Source of the DNA: Pavona decussata
Taxonomy: Eukaryota
Assembly: GCA_977016875.1 (NCBI GenBank)
Contig: CDRNST010000540.1
Location: 124,001-182,750, forward strand
Direction of reading: 5' to 3'
DNA length: 58,750 nucleotides
In this document: positions 23,279 through 36,659 of the stretch, piece by piece
How positions within the stretch are numbered: position 1 is the stretch's first letter
How the letters are laid out: each line of letters opens with the position of its first letter
Made by a program: the position numbers and the translations under genes
The notes under the pieces: model-generated
The model's input: the letters and a program-made list of their open reading frames with translations, nothing else
What the model was told of the DNA's origin: nothing
Database searches by the model: none

Positions 23279-26200
23279 CTAAACGTATGATGAAAAACGA
23301 GTTTCTTAGTATGAAGTGGGGTGTACCTCTCTTTGGGCCTTTTTACTCCCTGATTAGTGCCGCGGGTCCAGACTATAACAAACCTGAAAACAGTTATTCT
23401 AAGCTCCACAACTTTAAAACACAGTTACTCAAGAGAGATGAGGTTTGCTCCCCCTTCACATATTATCCTTCCGATGAGTACTACACTAGAGGAGCAAAAA
23501 CCTACTTTAAATCCTATTGAAAGCCCTGAAAAGCAGCTGTTTAATTTAGGTTCACGTTCTCCTAAGCTTACGTTTCTCCATGATTCCACTTACCAGTCAC
23601 ATGATAAACGGAATTGAAGCCTATTCCAAAACGCCCTACTTTCAAGGGATCGTCCTTCTTACTACTTTGCATGAGTTTTTCCAGGTTTTCCCAGTCGCTG
23701 TCTTTGAAAAGAGCATCGTTTTGCGCGTACAAAGCAGGGCCCTGGAACTTAGCGAGACTGGGATCGTACAGGGAGTTCCTTCCGTAGAAGGCTGGGCGCG
23801 AATCAAGAAGGAAGGAGACCTTTGTGGCTTCGGCATCATCTGCATTTTGAATGATTTCCTATCATGGGAAATAATACAAGGTACGTTAGTACACGTGTTA
23901 CTGTCGATTCAGCCTGGCTCAGGATAGTAACAAAGATCTAAAGAAGATAAGCAGGACAAGGGCCGTACGACGTGACGCAGCTCCATTTCGTTGCATTTTA
24001 CACCCAAAACGTGTCTCATAGTACATTTATCTTAAGCCGTTTTGCACATTTGATAGACAACAACTACTTTAACTACCTCTTACAATTTCTGCAACTGGCA
24101 TGTAATTCAACAAGGAATTCAAGCCTAAAAACTTCATAATTGTCTTAACTGAATCGTTTTGACCGGAATAAGTGCAAATGGAAATGCGTCAGTAGTCGTT
24201 GTATGTGATTCACGTTCGTTCACTGTTTTTCAGTCTTTTTAATCTCCCGGGACAGAAGTAATTGGCATGCGCTGTTGTGGTGTCCCTGCCTTCGTAATAG
24301 TTGTTTACCCCCTGTTATCTTGTATTTTTGTGTGTCTATAATTATTAGGCGAAGCAAATAAAATAAATAAATAAAAATAGAGATGCTTTCGTTTTTATAC
24401 TCACACGTCTGACAATACGACAAGTATTTTAGCGGAGTATATGTTAATCTCATCCCCGTCATTTTTAAGGTTACCCGATACCTTCAGAGGTGTCTCGCGT
24501 TTAAGCGATGTAGCGCGTCCAGTTTAAACTGTAGATACTTAAACCCCTATATCAAATTAAAGCTTATAGAACTGACTATCAAACCATACCAAGAATTTTG
24601 AAATAAAATAAATTATCGAATTTTTCACGACCTCTAATTGCGAGCGTCCGAATCACCTTTTTAAAGCTACAAGTCAAAGTGAATTTTGTGTTTTGCTAAT
24701 CTAATTTGCTCCTCAGTTTCCGGACCCAGCAATCGCAGTGAAAAGTTATAGAGCATTTTCAAAATAGGATGAAAAAAATGTGAAGTAATCGTACAAAAAT
24801 CGCTCTCGGAGAAAAAATATTTCGAAAGAAAAAATTCGCAGACACGTTTTTGTTGTTAATATGCTACTGTCCAAATTTGAAGGCAAACGAACAAATTCCT
24901 TTTGAGTTTTAGCTCTTTGAAGTGGCTCCTACAAGTGAAAAAAATTGATTCGAGAAAACAGCGCTAAAAATTCGGCAATTCATTTTATTTCAAAATTCTT
25001 GGTTTAGTTTGATAGCCAGCTCTATAAGCTTTAATTTGATATAAGGGTTCAGATATCTACAGTTTAAACCGGCCGCGCTACATCGCTTGGACGCGAGAAA
25101 CCTCTGAAGACACCTCTGAAGGTACCGGGTAACCTTAAATACGTCACAGCCGTATCTTACAATTTGGTAGTAGGGGAGCTAAATAATCTACATCTCATGC
25201 GAAAAGAGGGAGTTTAGCTAACGGAGCCAACTCTCCACTAAACAACCTTCATTGAACCGTAACTACAATGGAGTGAAATTTATCGACGGTTATAGACCAC
25301 AATCTGATTTAATGCTTTGCTTGACAAATCATAAAATTTTCGAAAGGTTTATCGTCAGGTTAAAAAAAGAAGGGATGAGCTCAGTAAACTTTACATACCT
25401 TCAAAATTTGTCCTCCATCTGGATATCGCTCAAGGATGCTTTTTAAAATGTGTGTGAGAGGCGGTCGCTTCTGACCATACGACCTTCCTGTTGTGAACGA
25501 GAAAAGAAAAGGTTACTTCAAGCCTTGTAGACCTTGTACTTCTTATAACGGCGAAGAAAGAAATAATCGAAAACTTCCAAAAGTCTTTAAGAAAATATTA
25601 AGAACAATTAAACAGCTTTATTGTCTTAGTGTTGCTCTCATTTATCAGGGGCAGTCCACGGTTCATTTAGGTGGAGAACTGTTCAGAAGACCTTTATTGC
25701 CGCAGAGATTCAAATTTAGTTTTAAAGAAAATCTGGAGTTTTCTCCGGCAAAATGTCAGTACGAAATTACGCTGGAAAACTTACTCTTTGTTTTCAGAGG
25801 GGAAAAAACCCCAATAAAAATGCGAAATAAGGTCAGCTAGCATTTTTGTAAAACTAACATTTCAGCTCGTAAATTGGGGAACATGATAAGGTTCCGTTTC
25901 TTTAAACGTTCTGCAACTTAAATTTTCATCTCAACTGAGTATCTCTGAAAACATTCGAACAGATTAAACTGTATTAGCTTAGACAAGTATGCCTTTAAAA
26001 GGGCACAAAACGATCTGGGAACATGCACAGGAGACATCATTTTAAGAATTTTTCTTAAATGTTATCGTTGGTTTATACAAACTTGTGACCATCTAAAAAG
26101 GGGCTCATCCAAATTTATATAGAGCCATGTCAATTCAGTAAACGGACGATTCCAGTCAGAACCAGTTTATAATCCAATCCACCCCAAGAAAAACTGGAAC

Positions 26201-27274
26201 AAATCTTAGTACATCAACCCAACGAAATAAACGGAAGGAATTAGTTTTCTAGTATTAATTTTGAGAAGATATTTTGCTGAAGAAAGCTGTAAATTTTCTT
26301 AACGACTATAAATCCAACTTTTTTTTGAGGTCATCCAGGCAGATATCCACCAAAGTAGAACCGTTTGGTGCCTCTGTAAATTACGACATTAAAACGTAGA
26401 AATCAAAGTCTACAGAAAAAATCCCAGAAAACAGAAAGAAATGAAAATAAAGAGTCCCAATTAACGGAGTAAGCCAAACGTTGAACAAGACTGAAGCACA
26501 GACCTCGCATGCTTCCAAATTCATTTCCTCGTCAGTTTCTCTGATTTTAAGACGAGGGGGGTGTTTCCTCTATTGATAAATAAAATGGTGATTAAGTTTT
26601 GCTAAATGTTTTGGCTTTCAAGCATACAAACTTTGCCGCCTATTTCTCGGGAAGGAATATATAAGACCAATCGAAGAATGCGGCCAGAATGGTCTAGTAT
26701 CATCGCTACTCATCCAGTTTTTGAACTTCAATTGAATATTTTAGCTTATTTTACTGTTTCTAGAGACACTTTCAAATCAAAAAAGAATTTGTGTGCTGCT
26801 CTTGGTGAAGTTCACGAGCTGTCTTAAGCTCGCTTCAGTGAATCGAACATTTCAGTCAGGAGTTCAAAGTGTGATTGTCCGCAACGGCGGCCATATTTTC
26901 CTCGGTGTCGAGTATGGACGCGATTTTAAACTCGCATTTCAGTCCAGCGGCGAGTACAGTTCAAGTCCTAGAAAACTGACAAAAGTTTCCGTAAATATAA
27001 ACCCAGTAACTAGACGAACAACAAGTAACACACTTTACTTTTAAGATAAATGTCTAAAGGCCGAACAGAGCACTGATTCGATTGTTATCAGTAAATCGGA
27101 GCTTTGAAATTAGAGTTCGACGCGATTGAATTAATCTCGAATAAGAGTCGTTATTGCTGTCATTTTATTGAGCTATGATTAAAAAAACGAAAGATATCAA
27201 GTCACACAACTAACCCCCCTTTTAACCGTGTACCACTGAAACAAACCTTTCAGCTTTTCCTGAGACGCCATCAT
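10473..27274 (-). CDS. SACS: Sacsin-like protein (~4395 aa): 3 sacsin repeat regions (Hsp90/GHKL-like ATPase), DnaJ domain, C-terminal HEPN
   Basis: Exons: 27274-27247 (MMASQEKLK, tentative start), 25487-25399 ([30 protein letters not shown]), 23858-23594 (EIIQNADDA...[14 protein letters not shown]) and 23278-10473 (DLPSIVSGD...LCLGL*). Splice sites are GT..AG and phases join in frame (13188 nt). There are three E(I/L)xQNADDA / G(R/Q)(F/Y)GxGF / FRFP motif sets, a J-domain LRWHPDKN (~11136-11144), and [25 protein letters not shown]. Confidence 0.93.
24469..25134. mobile_element. Non-autonomous DNA transposon with ~160-bp TIRs and a TTAA target duplication (Kolobok-like), in a sacsin intron
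   Basis: ttaa|GGTTACCCGATACCTTCAGAGG...CCTCTGAAGGTACCGGGTAACC|ttaa with long imperfect inverted arms. RR..YY termini plus TTAA are the Kolobok signature. Confidence 0.75.
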
Positions 27275-29329
27275 GTGTTCGGCATCTCCGGGTTCAAGCT
27301 GACACCGTTTACGGGCTGACAGAGAGTTTGACTTCCTCGCTGTACAACAGAAGAATATAGTTTACAGTCCAGATAAAGTTCTAGACAAGGACAAGACAGG
27401 GACGAGTTGAATTCGCAAGAAAAAGAAAACAAAATTGTTAATCGGGTTGGCACACGACCAGTGCATTATTTACTATAGCTCCTGGTATGTCATAATTGCT
27501 CAACTTACAGGCGGAAATAAGGAGATTATGGGGATGCGACCGGGGTTATATTTTTTTAGTAAATACCAAGGCATAACCATTTGCAGCGTTTAGTAAAATT
27601 GTAGAATTAGATGGCGGTGTGCTTTGGCTTATTGCCTAGAAATTCCTGGGAAGATGTACCTTACAAATATGGCCGCAATAAAGTTGAACGTGATTGATTT
27701 ATCGGAATCAAGCCCACAATCAGCACAATGGGAGCTCTAAACTGTAAGCGTTAACAAATACCACAGACAACTGTAGACACAAACACCTCTTTCAAATTGA
27801 TAACACTCCAGTTTATATTTTCTATCGTAAGAAGCTGAGCATTCTTAAATTCGCTTCGAAATATTGACTATGGACAATGAACTGTATCGTCTCTATGCCT
27901 CAATAAACAAATAACCTTGAAGAAACATCTTTGGAGACATCCAAAACCGACAGAAATTACTTTTAGTCTGGCGTGTTCGATACAATTAAGAAACGAGATC
28001 ATTTGTTCTTTAAGTTCAGACTAAAAGTTCGAATATTTTTTCCAGTGTAACATCGTTTTGGCTGAACCGGCAACGCCATAAAGGCGGAAACAAGCCGCCA
28101 TTTTCCTTAAACATTTTGCACATTGTATTAGACGAAACATTGCCAGTCGCTCCGTGGGACAGCAGCTCAGTCTAATAACGATTTTGCTAAGAAACGTTTT
28201 GGCCAGATCTTTAGGATAACAGAAGTTAACATTCAGTAAATAAGACTTACTGAAGTGGACAGTTTGTAGAATGCTGATTTCGATTGGAGAAAACAACGGC
28301 GAAGAAGGTGCACTGAAGTTAAATCAACTTTATTAATATAATCACTGAGCTTATGTCTTTGAAAAAAACCTGCGATTATTCTCGATTAGATCAGGCAGGC
28401 TCTTGAGTAATTGAAATCATAAAAATAACTGATCACTGGAATAAGCTTCAATCTGTTTGTCTACCTTGATGTGCCCTCGATATAAGGAAACGTTGTTCGG
28501 AAAATAGTTTACAGTATCACGGTATCAGAATCACTTGAAGCTTGTTTGTTTGCAGGGCTCGACAGCCGAACTGAACCCGGGTTAGTGTTCAGTTGTGCTA
28601 AATTGAATATCTTAGAATTTCACACGTTTGTTTCCTCAAAAACGGGTCATAGATCTGGTTTTATCAAATTCCATAACGCCGGTTTCGAACCAGGGTGAAG
28701 AAACAAGAATCTTACCCGAGCTAGCTTACGCCCCGTCGGCCATATTCACTTTTCGGCGGCTGTTCGTCCTCTGATTTCCTTCACGTTTTGACTTCTGAGA
28801 ACCGATGGACTTTGTAGCAAGAAAGCAAGAAGACAGTCTGCTGCAACCTATTCTTAGAATGTGGTCTGATTTTAAGAAAACGACAGTTTTTAAACCAATC
28901 ATATCGCTGTAAAAAGCCCAATAGCTTGACCGGAAGAGAAAGCTAATTCTTGGAAAGCTCATTTACCATTCGTGGAAAGTGGACAATCGGTTGCTTGTCT
29001 ACTAATCTCATACTTGATCACATTCCAAACATTTTACCCCACAACAGTGTTAAATCAATGTCATATTTACTTCACAACCAAACCTTTTTTGCCCTCCACC
29101 ATCGCTGTAAGCAATAGTCTTCTGCACTGACTTTGTTTGTTTCGTCACGCAATGCTGGGGAGGAGCGTTGCGTGACGACACGGAAAACAGCTGCGCTGGA
29201 GACTGTAATGCGGTAGCGTTTTTTAAAATAGTTTTGCGTTTGTTTTTGTTTTTTTTGCCGGAAAATGACAACCTTTTGAGCGAATTAAGCCGACAATTTT
29301 ACTGCTACAGTTACAGCCGGGTAAATGTT

Positions 29330-29530
29330 TAACAAATAGATTCCATTTTGCCGTGCGTCTGTACTCTGATAACGCACAGATGACGTCAAAACGTGATGAG
29401 AACAAAGAAGTACGCTACGAGCCGGCGGCGTGACTGATGTTCTGACGTCCTCTGTGCGTTATCACGTCTTTGACGTCCTCTGCGCGTTATCAGAGTACAG
29501 ACCCACGGCAAAATGGAATCTTTTTGTTTT
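29330..29530. mobile_element. Palindromic MITE
   Basis: gattccattttgccgtgcgtctgtactctgataacgc...gcgttatcagagtacagacccacggcaaaatggaatc. Confidence 0.7.
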
Positions 29531-30626
29531 TTACAATAACCAAGACATATCAAAAATTTTCGTGAGCCAACATCGCGTTGCCTGAGCTGAGACAAAAACT
29601 TTCCAGCAAACTCAGTTTGAAACTACTACACACATGCAACTGTGATCGTTTAAATTAGAGTATAATCCAAAAAAAATTCACTAACAATATTTTCAAAACT
29701 AACCTTTGTTCCAGTAGGAATTTATGACCCCAAAATGTTACAGCATGTCACTTGTCGCTTCACTGCATGTCAGACTGTGATCGATTACTCGCCCTTGCCG
29801 GATTCCTATTGGCGACAAATTTGGGCAAGTAATTTCTTCTTCTCACGTCACCACAAAGTTCTCGTTTTTTTTTTTTAACCTGGTTAAGGTCACTCTCAAC
29901 GGTTTTTGTCCAATTTTTAACCGGACAGTTTTCCTTTCTTGCGAAAACTTGCCTTTGTTTGTCCATAACTCGCAAAAACAGTTTGCAAAACTTTGGTGAC
30001 CAGTCGACAGTCACTCCGAGCGAGCTAGTTCCGAGGTGGACTCTAGACTCTAATCACGTGCGCCGGTCACACCACTCGGTGACGTCGATCGTGCGTCTAC
30101 AATCTAAGCACAAACTCCGTTCCACCAATCACAACGCGAGTCTTACACTGTTCATTGTGTAAACTCAAATAATGCATGACATTTTCAGCAGTTCCCGAGT
30201 ATTTAAATTTTTTTAAAGGACTTCAGTAGCCGTTTGGACCTACATCTCATCTTTAGACATAATTCACCGTCTTTCATTATATTATTATTGAAAGGAAGTG
30301 TCAGTGTTTCGAAGTAAAATCATGAGGCAATCAAATGTCCCGGTAAGGCCAAAACGGGCCGACCCCCGGAACGAACAATGTTGGAAAATCCCTCGCTAAT
30401 ATCAGGCCGGGGGGGGGGGGGGGGGGATGGACACTGCTGGAATTGACTGATGCATGAAGTTTCCGAACGTGAGCTTGTATATATATAAAAATTCGTTTTT
30501 GTCAATGTTGGTAAAATATGCTAAGGGACCGCTTCCCGTTTGGAACTGTTGTTAATGAAAGTTTGCTACGTACACGAGAAAGTTAGTCTGATTTACGCAG
30601 AACAAATCAGTTGTGTTAGATTTGAT

Positions 30627-30786
30627 TTACAGTCAACCCCGTTATTACGGACACCGCTGGGACCAAAAAAAAGTGTCCGTATTACAGAGTCCTTATTAAG
30701 CAGGTTAATTTTAAGGAAAGTGTATGGAGCGGGACCAAGAAAACTGTCCGTAATAACGAGTGTCCGTAAGGCGGGGTTTCACAGTG
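30627..30786. mobile_element. TA-flanked CAGT-terminal MITE (Tc1/mariner/pogo-like)
   Basis: tacagtcaaccccgttattacggacac...gtgtccgtaaggcggggtttcacagt; related to the elements at 52927-53398. Confidence 0.6.
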
Positions 30787-31816
30787 CATGCAGTCCGCTT
30801 AATTGTTGGAAAATTTACATCTTGATCGCGGACACGAACAGACACTACTGTGAATGATAATTTAATTAATTACTTTTGTCTATAAGTCTAATTCTCGTGA
30901 CACGAGAAACAACATTTATATATATATTTAATGATTCAACTCAACATTTATCATCTCCTTATATTCCATGAAATGTTTTCGCCGACCTGTGATTGGTCAG
31001 CATATGGCACGTGACTCAAGAATACTCACCTCTCAGCCGATGATGTTCTCCAAGTACTATTGCTAAAATGCCATGAAAAAACATGATTTGAAAATTTCAA
31101 GTTGAAAGACCGTTTCGCTGTTGGAAGAGAAGAGGTCATCGAGATTTTTTACTGGTATTTGTCCCTCGAAGGTCACAGTTTTGTCTCTGAATACTCTCCG
31201 CGACCAAATATCCAGCACTTGAAGAGAAAACAGCAAATAGAAATTTCACGTTGGATAGGATGTTATGCCATCCAACATGGCGTTGCTAAGTGGTATCCAA
31301 GCACGTGATCAAGTTACGTAAAAGACCCATTAACGCATTTTTGGTCCCTGACAGAGAAAAATCTACTGTACACCGCAAAACGTTAAAAAAGCTATAATGA
31401 CACGACCATAATTAATATTTATTGATTTGTTAAATACGTGTGTCATGTCTTCTTAAAATAATAGGACTCATATTGATCAATTGTCGGATCAAAAGTTGAA
31501 GGAACAGACATTATGTTATAGTTAACATATGCTGTAAAAAATGCTTAGTGCCGCTGAACAGTAGGGTCAGTTGATTCTTGAAGAGTTAACTTTTTAAGTA
31601 AATCTTTTAAGGGAAATTAATATTATAGGAAAATAATCGAAACTTCAAACAGGCCCAGTTGATTTCAACAGCAGATTTTCGACACGATACCGCCGAACAA
31701 TGGCAAGAAGCGCAGGCTCATATGATTTCTCGAAGATTTAATTCCGAGACTAGTGTTCAATGATCTTGACTATCAAGCCGCTTCGTTTTATTATGTACTA
31801 GTTGTCTTTTTCTTCC

Positions 31817-34800
31817 TTATAAGAACCGTGGTACGACTGTAAACGGTACGATGGGGTGGGTGGCTTCTAAGTCAAGAGCTGTCATCAGGCATTCGCTGGC
31901 AGCCTCGTGCTCTCCTTGAGCTTCTAACACCACGCCCAGCAAATGCCTAAAAAAAATTACATTAGAAGGTTAATAAGTTCATCTTGCTTGGAAATTGTTG
32001 TCACCATATTCAATAAAAGAAGGTTAAGTCCAGCTAACATTAGTTAAATCGACGCCGGTTGAATGGAGCTTTATTTCGGATTTTGTATCACGAGGAGATA
32101 GGAATATTACTACTCCCCACTGGATGAAATCGTTAAAAATGATTTTATCGAGGATACTTCAGTTGTAGACATTTTTCTGATGTAAAAAGAAAAAAAAAAT
32201 TTAAAAGCGCTTACCAAGCTTCAAAAGCTGTTGGATCGATGTTTATCGCTTCACGGAGAACTTTTTCGGCCATCACAAGATTCCCAGTTTTATGATACAA
32301 AGCGCCCTGTAAAAAAGCGAATAATAAACAACTATAATGACGGATGAATGAAGCATGGCGGAAAGCTCCCTCAAACGTGGACACTGCTTCCAAAACATTT
32401 AACGATTTTAAAGTTTCGCAAAATGTCGACCTGATATCTGGTGGACACATTTCATTTGCTAGAAGCAAGCAAGAAGACAAGCAAACAAACATAAAAAACA
32501 AGCCAAATAAAACAAAAACAACAAAAAAGCTAACTAAAACATAGATCTGAATTTTTAAGAAGTATTCTTCTTCACAAAATGAGTGGGACACTGGAGAAAA
32601 TTGAAAACCACCAACGTTTTGGACATTCGACGCGTGCGTTGGATGGGGCAAGATGAACTTGACAATGTAGTGGAGTTAAACTTTTAATTTAAGTGGAACA
32701 CTAATCAAAATTTATACCAAAACAATTAGATTATTCCCTCTCGCCTTCCGGGTGATATTTGATTCGGACTGGACCATCATCAACTATTACACGAAAAAAA
32801 TATTGAATTCATAATCTAATCGTTGAACAGACAATGAAGGTTGAACCAATCACCTTCGCATATCGCAGCACCTGGGGGTTAATGTCTACTTATTACAGTG
32901 AAGTAATGCTTACCAAGTGTTGAATGCTGGACACATGACCAGGGTTTATGGCGATCGCGTTATCAAAGCAATTCTTGGCGTCAGTGTAGCTTTCACGGAT
33001 CTCAAAGATACGACCACGCTACAAAAAGCAGTGACCAACAAATATCTTAGCAACCAAGTTTTATTAATAGCCAACAGTATGAAAACATGCGTGCCAGCTG
33101 TTGCTACTACATTCACACCAGTCTCATACGCAACTGTTCGTTGTTGTCACGCAACGCTCCTCCCTAGGAGGAGCGTTGCGTGACAACACAAAAGACGGTT
33201 GCGAAGGAGACTAATGACAGACTTAAAAGCATGCTCTTTTTTCCCGCGAAAACTGACGTTATTGTCAATTTTGTGATACGTGATTGGTTTGTTCGTTAGA
33301 CTGCAAACACAAAGGGAAACGAATGTGGTTCGGTTTTCAGCAGCCGTTTGTGGGGACGAGCGTTGCGTGACGACAAAGAACGGCTGCATAGGCGACTACA
33401 TTCACACTCGCAAACTTGTATCTGCCAACACGAGTTTGGAGACTTGAGTTTGCAGCGTGAAGGCGCTTTAACTCTTAAGGCCCTCATATCAAAGTGCACT
33501 TTCTCCTCACTGTACCTTATAGATTTCTCATGAAATTAGTTGGGAGAATTTGATCAAATATTAAGACATTTTATCCGTCTTTGGTGATTTTTTTCTATTT
33601 TCCTCATGAATTGTGTCATTGCCCAAGCCCTAAACTGAAAAAAATAACATCTCAATTGGGAAAGAAATATTACACAAAAAGAGAGTGGACAATCCAGTGG
33701 ACAAATCATTAAACAGCAAATAAAATGCAATGATTGGAGCACAGTTTTCCCACTACAGTAATAACTGGCTTTTCGACGATTTATTTTGCTTCCACTGAGC
33801 GTTTCAAACAGCAAAGTCTCCTGTATTTGGAATTTACAAGGCCTCACGAAAAACTCAGTGTTCTTGCTTAGTTTTACAAGTTTATTCTTTGTGTGTGTGT
33901 TTTTTTTAAATATTTTGTTGTAATTTCAAACCTGGAAGAGAACATCCGGGGACAAGGGGAAAATTAGGTGCGCCTCCTGTACACATGCGTTTGCTTCAGC
34001 GTCCTTCTCCATGGAGATGAAAACGTCAGCTGCCACAGAACACAAGCGAAGTTAAATGCCTCATCATGGCTTACTTGATAAACAATACTTAACTACAGCT
34101 TTTGAATTGTAAACATGTTGAAAGAACCTATAAAAAAATATTATTTTGTCAGGAGGCGACAACCTTGTGCTGGAACTAGCCAATCTCGTACCCAGAGTCC
34201 TCAGGCTCTTTGGACAGCAGTTGGTCCCCAGGAGAGACTTTGGAGAATTTGAAAAAAAATTAATTTTTTTGATTGGCTGCCCCGTAACGGCTTCCATTGT
34301 TTTACCGCAGAAATCCTGCGGTAATAAAATTCCAGTACCCCAGAGTCTACCCTAACGACCAACCGCTGGTCAAAGAGCCTGAGGACTCTGGGTACGAGAT
34401 TGGCGTAGCAAGCGCTTCAGACGGCTTTTGAACGCGCGAAAATTGGAAATCGCGCGCAAATCGCTCTTACCCAATTTCCGCGCAGTCAAAAAGCGAAAAA
34501 GGCACAAAACCACACTAAAACACTTGCTACACAGGCTACGCTGAAATCGCAGACGAAAATAAAAGTAATTAGAAACGCACTACTTAGGACGACCCGAGGT
34601 CATCATTTCCTTGATCAAAATATCAACTCTTCTTCCTGGGCCGCCAAATGGGCGCGCCTCTTTTCCTTTTCCTGAATGAAAAACACGGCCAAGATCTCAT
34701 AAATGCACTCCATAGCGTACCACTTGCGAAAATACTATATTATAGTATTATGGTATTTAAAAGTTTTATTCAAAATGGAGGGGGGAGGGGAGTATCGATG

Positions 34801-36628
34801 ATAGAATTTTCGCAGTCAAATTTACGCGGCTAAACAAGAGCGTCAACGATTTTGTCCAAGACTGTAATCTCTGGGGACGGCGGGTAATGTTTGAAAACCT
34901 CCTTGAATTCTCCTTACCAATTGCGAGCCAAAGCTTGGCTTGTAGCGCCAGCACCGCGGGAACACTCAGTTTAACAGAAGTAGACGCCGCTTCATCTGAA
35001 AGAGCTTTCTCAAGGCGCACTGAAGCTGCGATCGAACTGGCTCCATCCGCTGGAAAAATTAACCAAATAAAAAATATTTAAAATCATAGAATTAATACTA
35101 GAATCCCGACTGTCGAATACAACAATATGTTTGCGCCGTTTTCGGAGGTTTGTTAAGGTGTCAGAATTCCTTAACTTTTCCTATAACCAATCAGATGGAA
35201 GACGCTGTTTGTCTCAGCCAATCAGAAGCAAAACCTCTTACGCGTTTTCTTGCACGTGGCATCGGTTGCATTTACAGCGACCGAGCACGTGTGTAAAACA
35301 TTACAGAGGCAAACATGGAATCCTCCATTTTAAACCCGCAGCTATCTTTTCAGAAAACACGAGTCTTTTAACATTGAATATGCGAAGAATAGTACGTAAC
35401 TATTCTTTGAATTTTTTTGTTAAAGGGAATCTCCACTCTCACAGCAACTCCAGGTTAAATTATTCGAAATAACGTCTACATTCCAAATTTCATTTGAAAA
35501 AAAGAGTAAATTAAATAACCTAACACGTGTTCAAAAATTTGCACGCCATTATCGCGTATGTTGACCTTTAAATCTCCTGCGCACCGCCATTTTGGATCTT
35601 ATGACGTCTCGCGGTTGCCACTGTTGTCCGGAAGCAGAAGCTCTTTTGTGTGAAACCATAAGGTAACCGTATGACGTCATGAAATCCGAAATGCCGGCGG
35701 ACAGAAAGTTCAAAATCGAAAATAGGAGATAGTCAAATCCTGTTTTGTCTAACACTGAAATATCATTGCCATGTTTTCCACCAAAAACTGAAATAAGAGA
35801 GAATTTTAAGGAATTTAATGTCAATTTGTTTCAATAGTAGAAACTTTCTTTAAGAATCTCAAATTCGAAGACTTTTGTACTGATACAAGATTCAAGACAG
35901 TGGAATCCGGAAATGGCGTGGACTGTGTGTTTGCCCTGAGTGACCTTTCTTCGAGCTGTAATTCGTTCATTGACCATTGACTTTGATTTTGGCTAATAGA
36001 CAGTCATTAGAAAAACGCGCCAAATGAATCATGACGAAGAATGCCAAGGCGCCCGTTGCCCAATTGCTCGTTTCGAAGTTCATAAAAGGACTGGGCTCCA
36101 GTTTATAAATTGTTCAATTGCCAGAAAGATCACATAAAACTTAGTAAGTTTACCAAGTCTGGTTGAGGCTGATTTAGACGGTACAAATTTTGCTTACGTC
36201 TGTCGCATGCGATTTCTAGAGCACGCTGCTCGCGTCATGCAAAAAATCGCACGCAACTCTCGTCACTCAACATTACCTATACCTCTGATTGTCGTAGGAT
36301 TTTAAAACATGTTTTAAACATACACGACAGTCGTAAACGAGTTGTAGGTTTGATTTACACGATACAATTCGTGTCGTAAGCGACAAAGTCGTACCGTGTA
36401 AATCGCCCTTTATGTTTCTTTGGGCAGTAACCAGGCTGTGACCTGTCAAAGGTGGTCCAAATAGGCCATTTTACAGTTGTGAACTTAGTGACCTGGCCTT
36501 GAATTGGAAGCAAGGCTGGCGGTGACCTTGTTTCGATACAAACCTAACTGCTTTTCATATGTAAATGTAAATGCAAACTAGTTAGCATAAGAACAGCATG
36601 ATCTACATATGAAAAGCAGAGAGGTTTG

Positions 36629-36659
<31 letters not shown>

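Larger units (their letters stand above)
29974..35302 (+). repeat. Segmental duplication, right copy (3' end of the intact TTC7 plus downstream DNA)
   Basis: Direct repeat of 281-5444 at an offset of ~29.7 kb; it carries an extra ~460 bp at ~30560-31020. Confidence 0.93.
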
